Positions 24,198 to 34,004 of a DNA stretch of 64,000 nt are shown here, in pieces. The notes below the pieces were generated by a model. The model made no database searches and was not told where the DNA came from. It saw only the letters and a list, made by a program, of their open reading frames with translations. Within the stretch, counting starts at the first letter, position 1. Every line of letters starts with the position of its first letter. The stretch comes from Carpediemonas membranifera BICM (taxonomy: Eukaryota; Protista; Fornicata), in assembly GCA_019828565.1 (NCBI GenBank), contig JAHDYR010000069.1:564799-628798 (forward strand). Direction: 5' to 3'. A program made the position numbers and the translations under genes.

Positions 24198-24960
24198 GCT
24201 TGTGCGTATTCAAGATCAAGCACAGTTCTAAGACGATCCTGCCCGCCTGATTTTCTGCAGAAGATCTCGATGATCCGATCTAGATTAGTTAATCGGACCA
24301 GATCTGGACCTGACACTGGATGACGAGGCACATGATGGTCATTGACTCGGGCCAGAGAGGGTTAAGTGGTCGACGGCAGGCGCAGCACATCAGATCTCGG
24401 ATCCGATCGTGTCGGAAGATCGCCTCTGAAATGGTCGAACTACAGCTCAGAAAGGGCTGGAAGGTTGGATTGAGTCAGGAAAGGCAGATTCAGTCGAGGT
24501 TCTCAAAAGTCAAATGACTAAATCCTTGCACGACCAATCAGGAAATGAATATCCAAGGTATAAAACTGCCCAATCCACCATATGAATGCGTGTGCATGAA
24601 CTATATGCGATTATTCATCTCTGGTTTGTGCCGGTCATGGTCCCTAACATGGGTGGTTCGACCGCGCGCCTCGAAAAGAATTTTATGAGTAGAAATGAGT
24701 GGAGCTATCAGGTCACGATAGGCAGAACTGTCTTGACTCTAGGCAGAACTAAGGTGAACGCATCAACCACACGAGGATGAGAACCAAGATGAGAGAGTGG
24801 TTGCTGGGCACAGCTGCACAGACACGCAACACCTATTCGTGCGGCGAATAACTAACGGTGAAAAGGTCAACGCGGTTGGCACCGGCGACTGAGGGCGAGT
24901 AAAGGCGCGCTCGCTTCACGACAGTGAGTAAGAAACAAAAAACGCAAGTAAAGGGAAGCT

Positions 24961-25197
24961 CTATATCATAACATGATAGTTGAAGTCATCCGAAGGCCTG
25001 AGACCAACCCTCCACACCAGTCTGAAGCAAACGAATGATACGAAGCAAATGCACGGACAGCATGCCGTAATAACCACCATGCAGACGAAGAAGAACACTA
25101 CAAGTAACCTCCAAATCTCATCGGGACCAGCAGTCGCCGTCATAGCTTGGATTATCGTGTATCCAAAATGGCGATGCGTTAAAATGCACGCCAACAC
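24961..25197 (-). CDS. Possible small single-pass Cys-rich membrane protein
   Basis: Hydrophobic LLVVFFFVCMVVITACCPCICFVSFVCF segment. Short ORF with an uncertain start. Confidence 0.35.
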   Translation of the reverse strand: MLACILTHRHFGYTIIQAMTATAGPDEIWRLLVVFFFVCMVVITACCPCICFVSFVCFRLVWRVGLRPSDDFNYHVMI

Positions 25198-25402
25198 TTT
25201 ATCAGCAGATCAGCGGCTGCAGAGGAAGCAAACCGAGCTACACGCCCGCCTTATGCCCAATTCACCACAAAAAATTCATAGCTAGCAATACTAGCCCCTC
25301 TTCGCCTCCAATCACAGACATGTCTTCTTGAGATCAATCGTAATCCAGAAAATTGGAAACTGGAAATAGGCTTTACTCTGTTCAAGTCATATCTGCATAT
25401 GT

Positions 25403-27994
25403 TCACCATGCACCCATCAGATCATCGTCCGAATCATCCTTCGGCGGCTCAGAATCTCCCCCAGTTTCGTTTGCGATAAACTGCGGAGCAGGTCCAGGAG
25501 TCACATCAGGAGATACGGATCTGATTGGATCCTTCATCGCCAAGGCCATGGCCGGTAGCTCCAGGGCGTCTGGCCTGCTGAGCGGCCTATCCGAGCCCTC
25601 GCCTCCAGCCACAGTCGACTGAGTCACGAGGATGTTGGATGACCTGCTCGCCGTGGTCACCGACGCAGCCAAGCCTGTGGCGGCGGGGTGGGTCGCCCCT
25701 GAAAGTGGGGATGAGGCGTGCAGGCTAAGGTCGGTGTTGGGGGCGGGGAGGCCAATGCCGGAGACCTCCACGTCGGACCGGACGGAGCCTGGGGTCGACC
25801 CGCCCTCGCTCTCCCGACCCTCTTCAACTCCGGGGAGGGTGTGCGGGCGCGGGGGTTCCTCTCGTTGGTCTGTCTCCTCGACCGTGCTGGCGGTGAGCGA
25901 GTCGTCGTCGGACTTATCGACGTCTGACACGAGCTGTTCAGCATCCCCCATGGACATGAGATGGGGCAGGTGCGGAGTGGACGCCCCGTCGTCGACAATA
26001 ACACTGCCGAGATCAGACTCCTGGCGGATAGACGTGGGCACAGTGCGGGTCATCGGCACGTTTTCATCATCTGATGAGCTGGAGTCATCTGAGTCAATAT
26101 CAAACTCGGAGTCGGAATCTGACTCGCGGTCAGTGAGAGCAGGGGGAGCGGGCGTCTCCATCTCATCGTCCAAAATCTCGCCGGGTGTTCCGACAACAGG
26201 CGTCTGAAGAAGGGCGCCGTTCCCCGAAGCCTTGAGGGGAGACCCAGCTAAGGGAGAGCCAGCCAGATTCTCGCCGGCGTCTTCGATCGGAGTCAACATG
26301 GGCGCGGTGTCCATGTCTGCAAGGCGGGCGACACTATCGCTGACAATAATTGTCTGCTGCGTGTCCGTCCGAGACGAGTCAAGCTCCGTCTCCGTTCTCA
26401 GGGTCAGTACTGAGGCTGACTCGGGCTCCTGAGCTTGGCTCGGGGCAGACACGGGCGAGGTTGACTTGGGTGGAGTTGTCATGGGCAGAGAGTCAGATTT
26501 GTGGTCAGAGTCGCTCTCCGAGTCAGAGTCAGATCCAGAGTGTGAGCTGGCGTCTTGCTTTCTTTCAGACAGAACCACCGAATGCTCCGAGTCGGTCGAC
26601 TCCTCCTCCTCCTGCTCGGACTGGACAGGTTGCAGGATCGACGGTGCTTGTCTGCTGGCCGGTAGAGGCGGAGTGATGTTGCTACTCGCCTCAGCTTGGG
26701 TAAGAGTCGACTGGCCGGCTGCCTGGCCCTCAGCGAGGCTCTTTTCGCCCCTACCGCTCGACATGACGTCGTCAGTGCTCTCAGTGGAGTCCGACTCGAG
26801 CACGAGGCCCTCGTCCTCCCGGGGGATGCCCAGGCCCGGCGTGGCTGTGATACGCTGGAGCTCATGCTGGGGTGACGTCTTGTGGACGGCGATGGGGCTG
26901 GGGAGAGTAGTCTCGTCGTCGGACTTCTCGGACTCAGAATCGGATTTGTTAGATTTGCCTGATTTCGAGGATTTGGACGAGCTTGAGGAAGAAGAAGAGG
27001 AGCTTGACGACGACGAGCTGGACGAGCTAGATGAACTCTTGTCGGACATGCCGCTGTCGCTCTCCCCATCATCGTCGGGGAAGTCCGAATACGCCGCCCG
27101 CTCGCCCTCCGGCATCTCCAGGCCCAGTACACGACTGGCATCCAGGGGAACGTGTCTAGCGTCGTCGATAGCCCGGTCGGCGTCGTCAAGAATGCTCGTC
27201 TCGGCCACTATAAAGGGCGTCTCCAGAGGCTCCTCGGGAATGGCGCCAGGGATGTCTATAGCCTGGTCGAGGTCCATGCCGCCGTTGTCAAGCTCCCATT
27301 GCAGGCGTCTGATCTCGTCTTCCAACCGTGCCCTGTCCTGCTCGAGCAGCATCGTGCGGTGGTAGTACTTGTTCAAGCGCTCCTCGAGGGAGGCCACGCG
27401 GGTGACCTTGGACGAGGTTTTAAGAGCCTCCACCTCCTTGGTCTTTTCGACAAGAGCACGCTGGAGCGAGGTGATTTTCGCCTGGTGCTTGCGGATCGTA
27501 ACCGATTCGGTCAGCTTTGAGCTGAGTGAGGGATCCATGACTGTCTTGGCCTTGAGCAGCTCCTCGTATTCGTGAGTCCTACGGGCGAGATCGTGTTCCA
27601 CACGCTGGAGTTTCACCTTTTGAATGCGCGCATCCTTCTCATATTCGCAGACTTTGCGGCGTAGGCGCTGAATCTCTTCGGCCATGGCCTCGCGGTCGTT
27701 GACGAGGACGCTGCTCTTCTCATGTTCGCCGAGTCTTCTTTCCCTCTTGGCGACTGTCGAAAAAGTGGCCATGACGGCGTTCGGATGACTGTAAGGAGAA
27801 ACACGCTTCGTCTTCTTAGGAGTAAGTTTGGGTTTCACGGTACTTCTCGTTGCGCTTTTTGCGGGATGTGCAGAAACAGGCCGAATACGTTTTCCAGATT
27901 CAGGGCGAGCGCCGTATGCCTTTTCAATGGCAGAAGCCGGGCGATCTGCCCGAATACTGCGTCGCATTGATGCAACAGACGCAGGACGGCTCAT
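25403..27994 (-). CDS. Coiled-coil protein (IQCE-like N-terminus) with long Ser/Asp/Glu-rich disordered tail
   Basis: 863-aa ORF. MAEEIQRLRRKV...KVKLQRVEHDLARR...LKTSSKVTRVASLEERLNKYY resembles, from recall, the IQCE coiled coil. Contains a poly-Ser tract. Confidence 0.7.
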   Translation of the reverse strand: MSRPASVASMRRSIRADRPASAIEKAYGARPESGKRIRPVSAHPAKSATRSTVKPKLTPKKTKRVSPYSHPNAVMATFSTVAKRERRLGEHEKSSVLVNDREAMAEEIQRLRRKVCEYEKDARIQKVKLQRVEHDLARRTHEYEELLKAKTVMDPSLSSKLTESVTIRKHQAKITSLQRALVEKTKEVEALKTSSKVTRVASLEERLNKYYHRTMLLEQDRARLEDEIRRLQWELDNGGMDLDQAIDIPGAIPEEPLETPFIVAETSILDDADRAIDDARHVPLDASRVLGLEMPEGERAAYSDFPDDDGESDSGMSDKSSSSSSSSSSSSSSSSSSSSSKSSKSGKSNKSDSESEKSDDETTLPSPIAVHKTSPQHELQRITATPGLGIPREDEGLVLESDSTESTDDVMSSGRGEKSLAEGQAAGQSTLTQAEASSNITPPLPASRQAPSILQPVQSEQEEEESTDSEHSVVLSERKQDASSHSGSDSDSESDSDHKSDSLPMTTPPKSTSPVSAPSQAQEPESASVLTLRTETELDSSRTDTQQTIIVSDSVARLADMDTAPMLTPIEDAGENLAGSPLAGSPLKASGNGALLQTPVVGTPGEILDDEMETPAPPALTDRESDSDSEFDIDSDDSSSSDDENVPMTRTVPTSIRQESDLGSVIVDDGASTPHLPHLMSMGDAEQLVSDVDKSDDDSLTASTVEETDQREEPPRPHTLPGVEEGRESEGGSTPGSVRSDVEVSGIGLPAPNTDLSLHASSPLSGATHPAATGLAASVTTASRSSNILVTQSTVAGGEGSDRPLSRPDALELPAMALAMKDPIRSVSPDVTPGPAPQFIANETGGDSEPPKDDSDDDLMGAW

Positions 27995-28051
27995 TTGAGT
28001 TCCCCGAACGGCCTTCGAAATTTGGTGTCCTTTGCCTGCACATTGGCTGAA

Positions 28052-28117
28052 TGAAGTCTGCTATAGACGATTGAGAGTCTGTTTTACTGCTTGCACTGTG
28101 CACTCTATGATACTTCA
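28052..28117. mobile_element. Solo LTR-like repeat (66 bp, family C) with perfect 5-bp TSD CTGAA
   Basis: TGAAGTCTGCTATAGACG...TATGATACTTCA is flanked by CTGAA at 28047-28051 and 28118-28122. It is nearly identical to 37774-37838. Confidence 0.9.
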
Positions 28118-28254
28118 CTGAAACACCCATCTGACAGCCGCATAGACCCTGTTACTGATCAGCAACACGATGCTGATGCAATACAGAAAGTACCTCTGCA
28201 TATTAATTTTCTGTTGCTTCACTCAAACAGTCTTCCCGCTTCAATGAATTTTAT

Positions 28255-28872
28255 CTACAGGGCGCACGAGAATCCGCGCTTGGCAGGCTTGGCATTGACG
28301 TTCAACGTGCTGGGCTTAGGCTGCTCGTCCTCTTCAGCCTCTGCGCGAACCAGCCTGTCGACAATATCCCCAGCGATCTGGTAAAATGCCTCGTTGACGT
28401 TGATGTCCTCCTTGGCCGACGCCTCGAGGAATGGGACGCCGTACTGGTCCGCGAGAGACTGGCCCTCCTCCGTTTGAACTTGGCGATTCTCCTCGTCATC
28501 GCACTTGTTGCCGATAATGATCTTGTTGACGTCGCCGCTGGCGTTCTTGGCGATGTTCGTCATCCAATGCTGAATGTTCTCGAAGGATTGGCGGCTTGTT
28601 ACATCGTAGACAAGTATAACGCCCATGGCGCCACGGTAGTAGGCGTTGGTGATAGTGCGGAAGCGTTCCTGGCCAGCAGTATCCCAAATCTGCAGCTTGA
28701 TCTTCTTTCCGTTTGTTTCGATGACGCGAAGCTTGAAATCGATGCCAAGTGTGGTAATAAAGGAAGGAGTGAACTGATCCTCACTGAAACGGAGAAGAAG
28801 GCAACTCTTGCCCACAGCGGAATCGCCAATGAGCAGAAGCTTCATCAGATAATCGTAAGGATTCGACGTCAT
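28255..28872 (-). CDS. RAB8: Rab8/Sec4/RabE family GTPase
   Basis: [47 protein letters not shown]-terminal CAAX (CAL). Confidence 0.9.
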   Translation of the reverse strand: MTSNPYDYLMKLLLIGDSAVGKSCLLLRFSEDQFTPSFITTLGIDFKLRVIETNGKKIKLQIWDTAGQERFRTITNAYYRGAMGVILVYDVTSRQSFENIQHWMTNIAKNASGDVNKIIIGNKCDDEENRQVQTEEGQSLADQYGVPFLEASAKEDINVNEAFYQIAGDIVDRLVRAEAEEDEQPKPSTLNVNAKPAKRGFSCAL

Positions 28873-28913
28873 GCTCCTTTCGATTTCTTCGGCTAAAGTG
28901 CGAAATGGGGGAC

Positions 28914-29009
28914 TGAAGTCTGGAAACAAGTGTGAAGTGTTTAAGGGGTATACCTCCTACGCGGTGATAATGGCTCTAACTGCGTCTACATAGTCATGTA
29001 AATACCACA
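28914..29009 (-). repeat. 3' LTR of element A (96 bp)
   Basis: Identical to 37673-37768 and preceded on the minus strand by PPT GGAGGAGGGGTAG. Confidence 0.95.
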
Positions 29010-29037
29010 CTACCCCTCCTCCATCAGAGCCATGCTT

Positions 29038-29477
29038 CTATTTCCGACTCTGACCGACTTTGCGCAAATGCTCGTCAACGCACTTTGCAAGTTGGCTATG
29101 GTCCTCCATGTACTTCAATAACACGATGTTGGACCGCATGTCTTCGTCTGTTGCCACTCTCCAGGTGTCTTCGCTGGCTTCGAATCCCAGCCACCTGCAC
29201 CTCACTTCCGGTGTCCTGTTGGCGTCTCTTCTAATCCTCCAGTCCACTATCTTCTTGATATACGCCTGGCTTCTATCTAAGGCGCATGCTACTTTGGCCT
29301 TCTCTTCGCTCCACTCTCCCTCGGCGACTTTCAGGTGAGAAACGTGCTTCTGATACGTCTTCTTCGTCTCTGGGTCTCGCACAACGTACGAGTTCGCCTT
29401 CCCGGGGACCTTCCTGACCACCATCAACGGTCCGCGCCACTTGAGGTCGTACTTCTTGCGAATCTCCGCGTCGCGAT
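29038..29477 (-). CDS. Element A integrase C-terminus (GPY/F region + chromodomain), cut off by element B
   Basis: DRDAEIRKKYDLKWRGPLMVV...YIKKIVDWR...VRCRWLGFEASEDTW. It joins in frame to ...GYWVFVDR at 34005 when element B and one TSD copy are removed. Confidence 0.9.
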
Positions 29478-29530
29478 TGTGGTATGGATAGAACAGCTAG
29501 CGAAAGAGGTTTAATCAATTGATTGGGACA
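29478..29530 (-). repeat. 3' LTR of element B (53 bp)
   Basis: TGTGGTATGG...TTGGGACA, identical to 33952-34004. Confidence 0.95.
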
Positions 29531-32500
29531 CTACCCCTCTCCTCGAGGTGACGGCGCACGACGGACGTGCGGGCGGCGTCAGAGTTGGGACCCTCCCACG
29601 TGGCCTTAGCCTCAGGGAAGCCGAGCCACTTAATGAGGAGGTCGCCAGTCTCGTCGTCGACCTCTAGGACTTTCTCGACGTAATACTCCTCGTCGTCGGT
29701 AGCCGCGATGCGCAACAGTTCGGCGTCGCTGAGGGGGCCTTGGCAGATGCGGATTAACTGGCTCAGGTGGACCCGGCGGCTCTTGCCGCCAGTGAGCGGC
29801 GTGATCTCCGCTGCGTAACCGTCGGCGGCTGTGATGCGGAATGGGCCGCGGTGGCCGTGTAGCTTCGTGGGGCTCTCGTTCTTACGAAGGACCAGAGTGC
29901 CCGGCTCGATCGGGGGCGTCGGCTCTGCGGTCCTTGTCATTGCCTGCTGGCGGTTGAGGGCCTGGTCGGCGAGGATCTGGAGGTGCTCGGTGAGCGCGTC
30001 GATGTAGGAGGCTATGTCGTCCAGGGGAGTATGAACTCTACCCTCCTCCTTGGGTGCGATCGTGAAGTCGCGAGCGGAGGCATGCTTGCCCATCAAGAGA
30101 GCAATGGGTTCGACGCCGGTGACGGAGTGGACCGTAGTGTTCAGGATGTACTGGACGTATGGGACCACGGAGGCCCAGGCGTCGTAACGGTCAAACATCA
30201 GACAGAGCACACGTAAGTGTCGCTTGACTTCCTGGTTGCGTCTCTCGGCCAGGCCGTTTGACTGAGGGTGGAAAGGGATTGTCCGGTGGTACGTGACCTG
30301 CAAGCGATCAAGGAAAGCTTCTATCATCCGATTGCGGTACTCGGGGCCGTTGTCCGAAAGGAACTCGCGAGGCACACCGTAGCGTCCGATGATGGACCAA
30401 AGTGCCAGCCCGACCGTCGTCGCGTTGTTGGAAGCTGTGGGGATGAGCTCCGTGAAGCGGGTAAACATGTCGGTTGCCACCACGATGTATCTGAAACCCT
30501 CGGAGTCGACAGGGAAAGGACCCATGGTGTCTACAGCGATGGTCTGGAAGGGTCGGTCGCGCAGAGAAGACTGCGTTGTGGTCTTAATGAAAGCGGAGAG
30601 GCGTGCCTTAGCGCAGTACACGCAGGTTGACACGACTGCGTGCACGTCGGAGTGGAGGCCTGGCCAATCGTGCCCAAGCTGGCGGACGTTCCTGATGGTG
30701 GCCTGCTCGCCCTCGTGGTATCGGTGAGCTTCTTGCACGATCTTGCGCTTGGCGTCTTCGTCGAGCTCGGCCTCTGAGACGTTGTTGACCTGCGTGACTG
30801 TGGCCTGCGGGTTGTATCGACTGAGTGCGTCGGCCAGTGTGTTCTGCGCGCCTGCGATGTGTCTGATGACGAACTCGAACTCTTGGATCATAAGCAGCCA
30901 GCGGAGGTGCTTACGGTTTTCCTGGCCAGCCTTGGAGTGCAGGTAGACCAAGTTGCGGTGGTCCGTCCAGATCGTCAGGTCCTGGTGGACTCTAAAGATG
31001 GGCGAGAGGTCAGGCCGAGTGAGGCAGTAGATGATCGCGAACAGCTCCTGGTCGTACGTGCACCAACGCGACTGTGTGTCGTTGAAGACCTTTGAGAAGA
31101 ATGACACGACGCGCCATGTGTTGTCCGAGTCAAGCTGCAGTAAGACACCGCCGATGCCTTCGAGAGAGGCGTCGGTCTCGAGGCGCCAGGGCCTGCTCTG
31201 GTCCGGATGGGCGAGGACCTCTTCGTCTGTCACGGCCTGCTTGAGCTGATCAAACAGAGCCTGAAGCGTGTCGTCCCAGTCGTTGAAGGTGTAGGGTGGG
31301 ACCTTGCTGACCAAGGCCTGGAGCGGCTTGAGGCGTGTCTGGCAGTCGGGGATATAGTCACTGAGGTATGTGAACATACCGATGATCATGCGTAGGTCCT
31401 TGACCGAGTGAGGTGCGGCGAGGTCCTGCATGGATCTGACACGAGTAGGGCTCATGCGGCGGCCCTTGCCATCGACGATATCGCCGAGGATCTCGATAGA
31501 CGTCGCCCCGAAGACACACTTGTCGCCGCGGAGGCGGACGTTGCGTTCCTCTGCGATACAGAGTAGGCGGTCGACGTGGTCTAGAAGCTCCTGAGGTGTC
31601 TTGGCTCGACCAAAGATGTCATCGATGTAGTTCTTCGTACCGTCGGCGCGCACAGGGGCAAGGATTGCCTGGATGGCCCGCTGGAACTGTGACGGTAGGT
31701 TACGAAGACCAAAGGGTGCAAAGTTGTACTCTTTGAACCGGCCTGGCAGCGTTATAGCGGTGAGGTACTTGTGGTCTTCGCGTACTGGCATTTGATGAAA
31801 ACCTGACCGGAGGTCATAAAGCGAAGAAGTACTTGGCACCGATGAAGTCGTTGGTGAAGGTGCGGATATCTGCGAGGGGGAACCTGTCTGGTGTAGTTAC
31901 CGAGTTAAGCTCGCGGTAGTCGGCGCAAAGTCGTAACTCGCTTGACTTCTTCACTACGATGACGGCTGCGGATGCCACGTGGCTGTAGGAATCGCGTACG
32001 ATGCCCTGTCTGTCCATGTCGTCGATAATCTCGTGCACTCTTTCGGCGGTGGATGCCGTGAGCGGTCGAGGGGCATGGTTGGGTAGGGGTGCGCCTGGCA
32101 CGATGTCAATCGTTGCGGCGGCGATCTGGGCGCCGTCAGGGTGCAGCTCGCCGAATACCGGTGCGTGCCGGCGGATGACATCAGCCATCTCGGCTTTGAG
32201 CGGGAAGTCGCTTGCGATGCGTGTGCCAAGTGGGCCCGCGTCGTCGCTGACGATGTTGTTGACTGCGTGGAAGTCATCGGTCTGGTCGTCGGGGAGGCCT
32301 TCGTCCTCGCCGTCGTGAACTTGCGGGCGGAGGCGAAGCATGATGCCCTCGTCGGACATGAGGCCTAAGAACCACAATATATCCGAGCCGATGAGGACCT
32401 TATCGGCCCTGCCGCTGATGACGTGCAGGGGCCAATCGATGATCGTTCGGCGGTCGCCCAAGCGGTCCGCGACCAGCGTTGTCTCGAAGGTGCCGTGTTG

Positions 32501-33939
32501 CTGGAGACCTTGGTCGTCAGGGCCCGTCAGCTGGACCATGTCGGGGCCCCTCCTGCCAAACTGGGCGAGTGCGTTGGCGAGGTCCAGCGAGATGGTGGAC
32601 ACTACGGAGCCAGGGTCGACCGTCGCTGAGATAAGCGTGTCACCTATCGTCACTGGAATCCGGAGAAGCCGGCCCGGCGAGTAAGCGTGCTCGGCATGCT
32701 CTACGTTCTGAACGCTGCCTTGTTGGGGGCTTGTTGGGGGGTGTCGGTGTGAATGGTGTGGCCTGCTTGGGGTTCTGCCTGAACTGCCAAGGACCCTTCG
32801 ACGTCGATGGTTGCTGGGGCTGCTGTGGTTGTCCAGCGGCCTGTCGTTGGGGACCAACTGCCTGCGGCTGGCGTGACTGGTTCTGCTGGGCGGCTGAGGC
32901 TTGGTGTGGTGTGCGTTGAGAGGCCTGGCCCTGGCGGGGATCTTGAGGTTGGCGGCCCGCCGGTGTGGCTCTGTTAGCCTGACTCTGGCGCTTCAGCAGC
33001 CGGCACTCTTCAGTAGAGTGGCCGCCGGGACCGTGGACGCGGCAGGTCTTGCGGCCGTTGCCCGGTGTAGCGGGGACCTTGGCGCCTGCCATGGGACCGG
33101 AGGTCCTCTGGCAGAAGGACCAAGGCGTGACGATCGTCCCATCGGAGTTAGTTGGCAAAGCCAGGATGCGGTGCTGGACGTCATCGATGGTGGTGGCGCC
33201 GTCGGCGAAATCCTCGAAGGCGAGGGCGGCTTCGGTGACGTCAAAACCGCGGGTCAGCACGCGGAAAAGCGTGGATATCAGCCTCTTCTCGGTGAGGGGC
33301 GTGTAACCGTTTTCTTCTGTCGGGAACTTGGGGTTCAGCTGGCGACAGTGCTTGCCGAAAGCTAGGAACATCTTCTGCATAGAGGTGATGTCTCCACCTG
33401 TGAGCGTGGTCCTTTCCAGGATCGCCGCCGCGCGAGCGCGCTGGGTTAGCCCGCTGGGCGGGTGTCAGCTCGAAGTACGCGGTGTAGGTGAGCAAGAGGT
33501 CCGCCCGCTCGCGGAGCTCCTCCCTCGAGAGGCGCTCTGAGGCGTTGGTCGAGGTGTCTGGGGCCGTCGGTGGCGGACTGACCGCCTTGAGGGCTGCGGT
33601 GATGAAGGCCTGCTTCAGCTCGTCTGAAGCGATCGAGGCCGCTTGGGTGTCTATATCCTTGAGCTTGGCCAGGAGAGCGCTGAGCTCCTCGGCCGATTTG
33701 TCGTCGTCGTTCTTCTCGGGTTCATTCTGCTCGGAAGGCTTATGAATGGGAGGACGGATCTCTGTCTCAAAGAAGCATTGGAAATCCTCGAATGTTGGGA
33801 ATCTCGTTGTCGGGATGAACGCCGCGCGGATTTCGGCTAGTTTCTCGCTCCCGAGGAAAAAGAGGATGCTAGACGGCTGCTTTTTGCTTGCAACATGAAG
33901 ACGATACTCGTCTAAACGGCTGTTGCTGACTAAAACCAT
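29515..33939 (-). CDS. Element B gag-pol (Gag, protease, RT, RNase H, integrase, chromodomain), split by frame changes near 33450, 32700 and 31817
   Basis: Knuckle CRVHGPGGHSTEEC, protease VDPGS, RT LRLCADYRELN / DLRSGFHQ / YIDD, RNase H TDAS, integrase H-H-C-C with VDTMGP / SDNG / NGLAER, chromodomain YYVEKVL...IKWLGFPEAKATWE. Confidence 0.93.
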
Positions 33940-33951
33940 GACAGTGATCAC

Positions 33952-34004
33952 TGTGGTATGGATAGAACAGCTAGCGAAAGAGGTTTAATCAATTGATTGG
34001 GACA
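33952..34004 (-). repeat. 5' LTR of element B (53 bp)
   Basis: Identical to 29478-29530. Confidence 0.95.

Larger units (their letters stand above)
29478..34004 (-). mobile_element. Ty3/Gypsy chromodomain LTR retrotransposon B (nested; 4527 bp)
   Basis: Identical 53-bp LTRs at 29478-29530 and 33952-34004, TSD GCGAT at 29473-29477 and 34005-34009, PPT at 29531-29542. Confidence 0.96.

Noticed and set aside
28873-28929. N-terminal extension of Rab8 shown in the ORF track
   Set aside because: It starts at a TTG inside the LTR. The conserved protein begins at ATG 28872.
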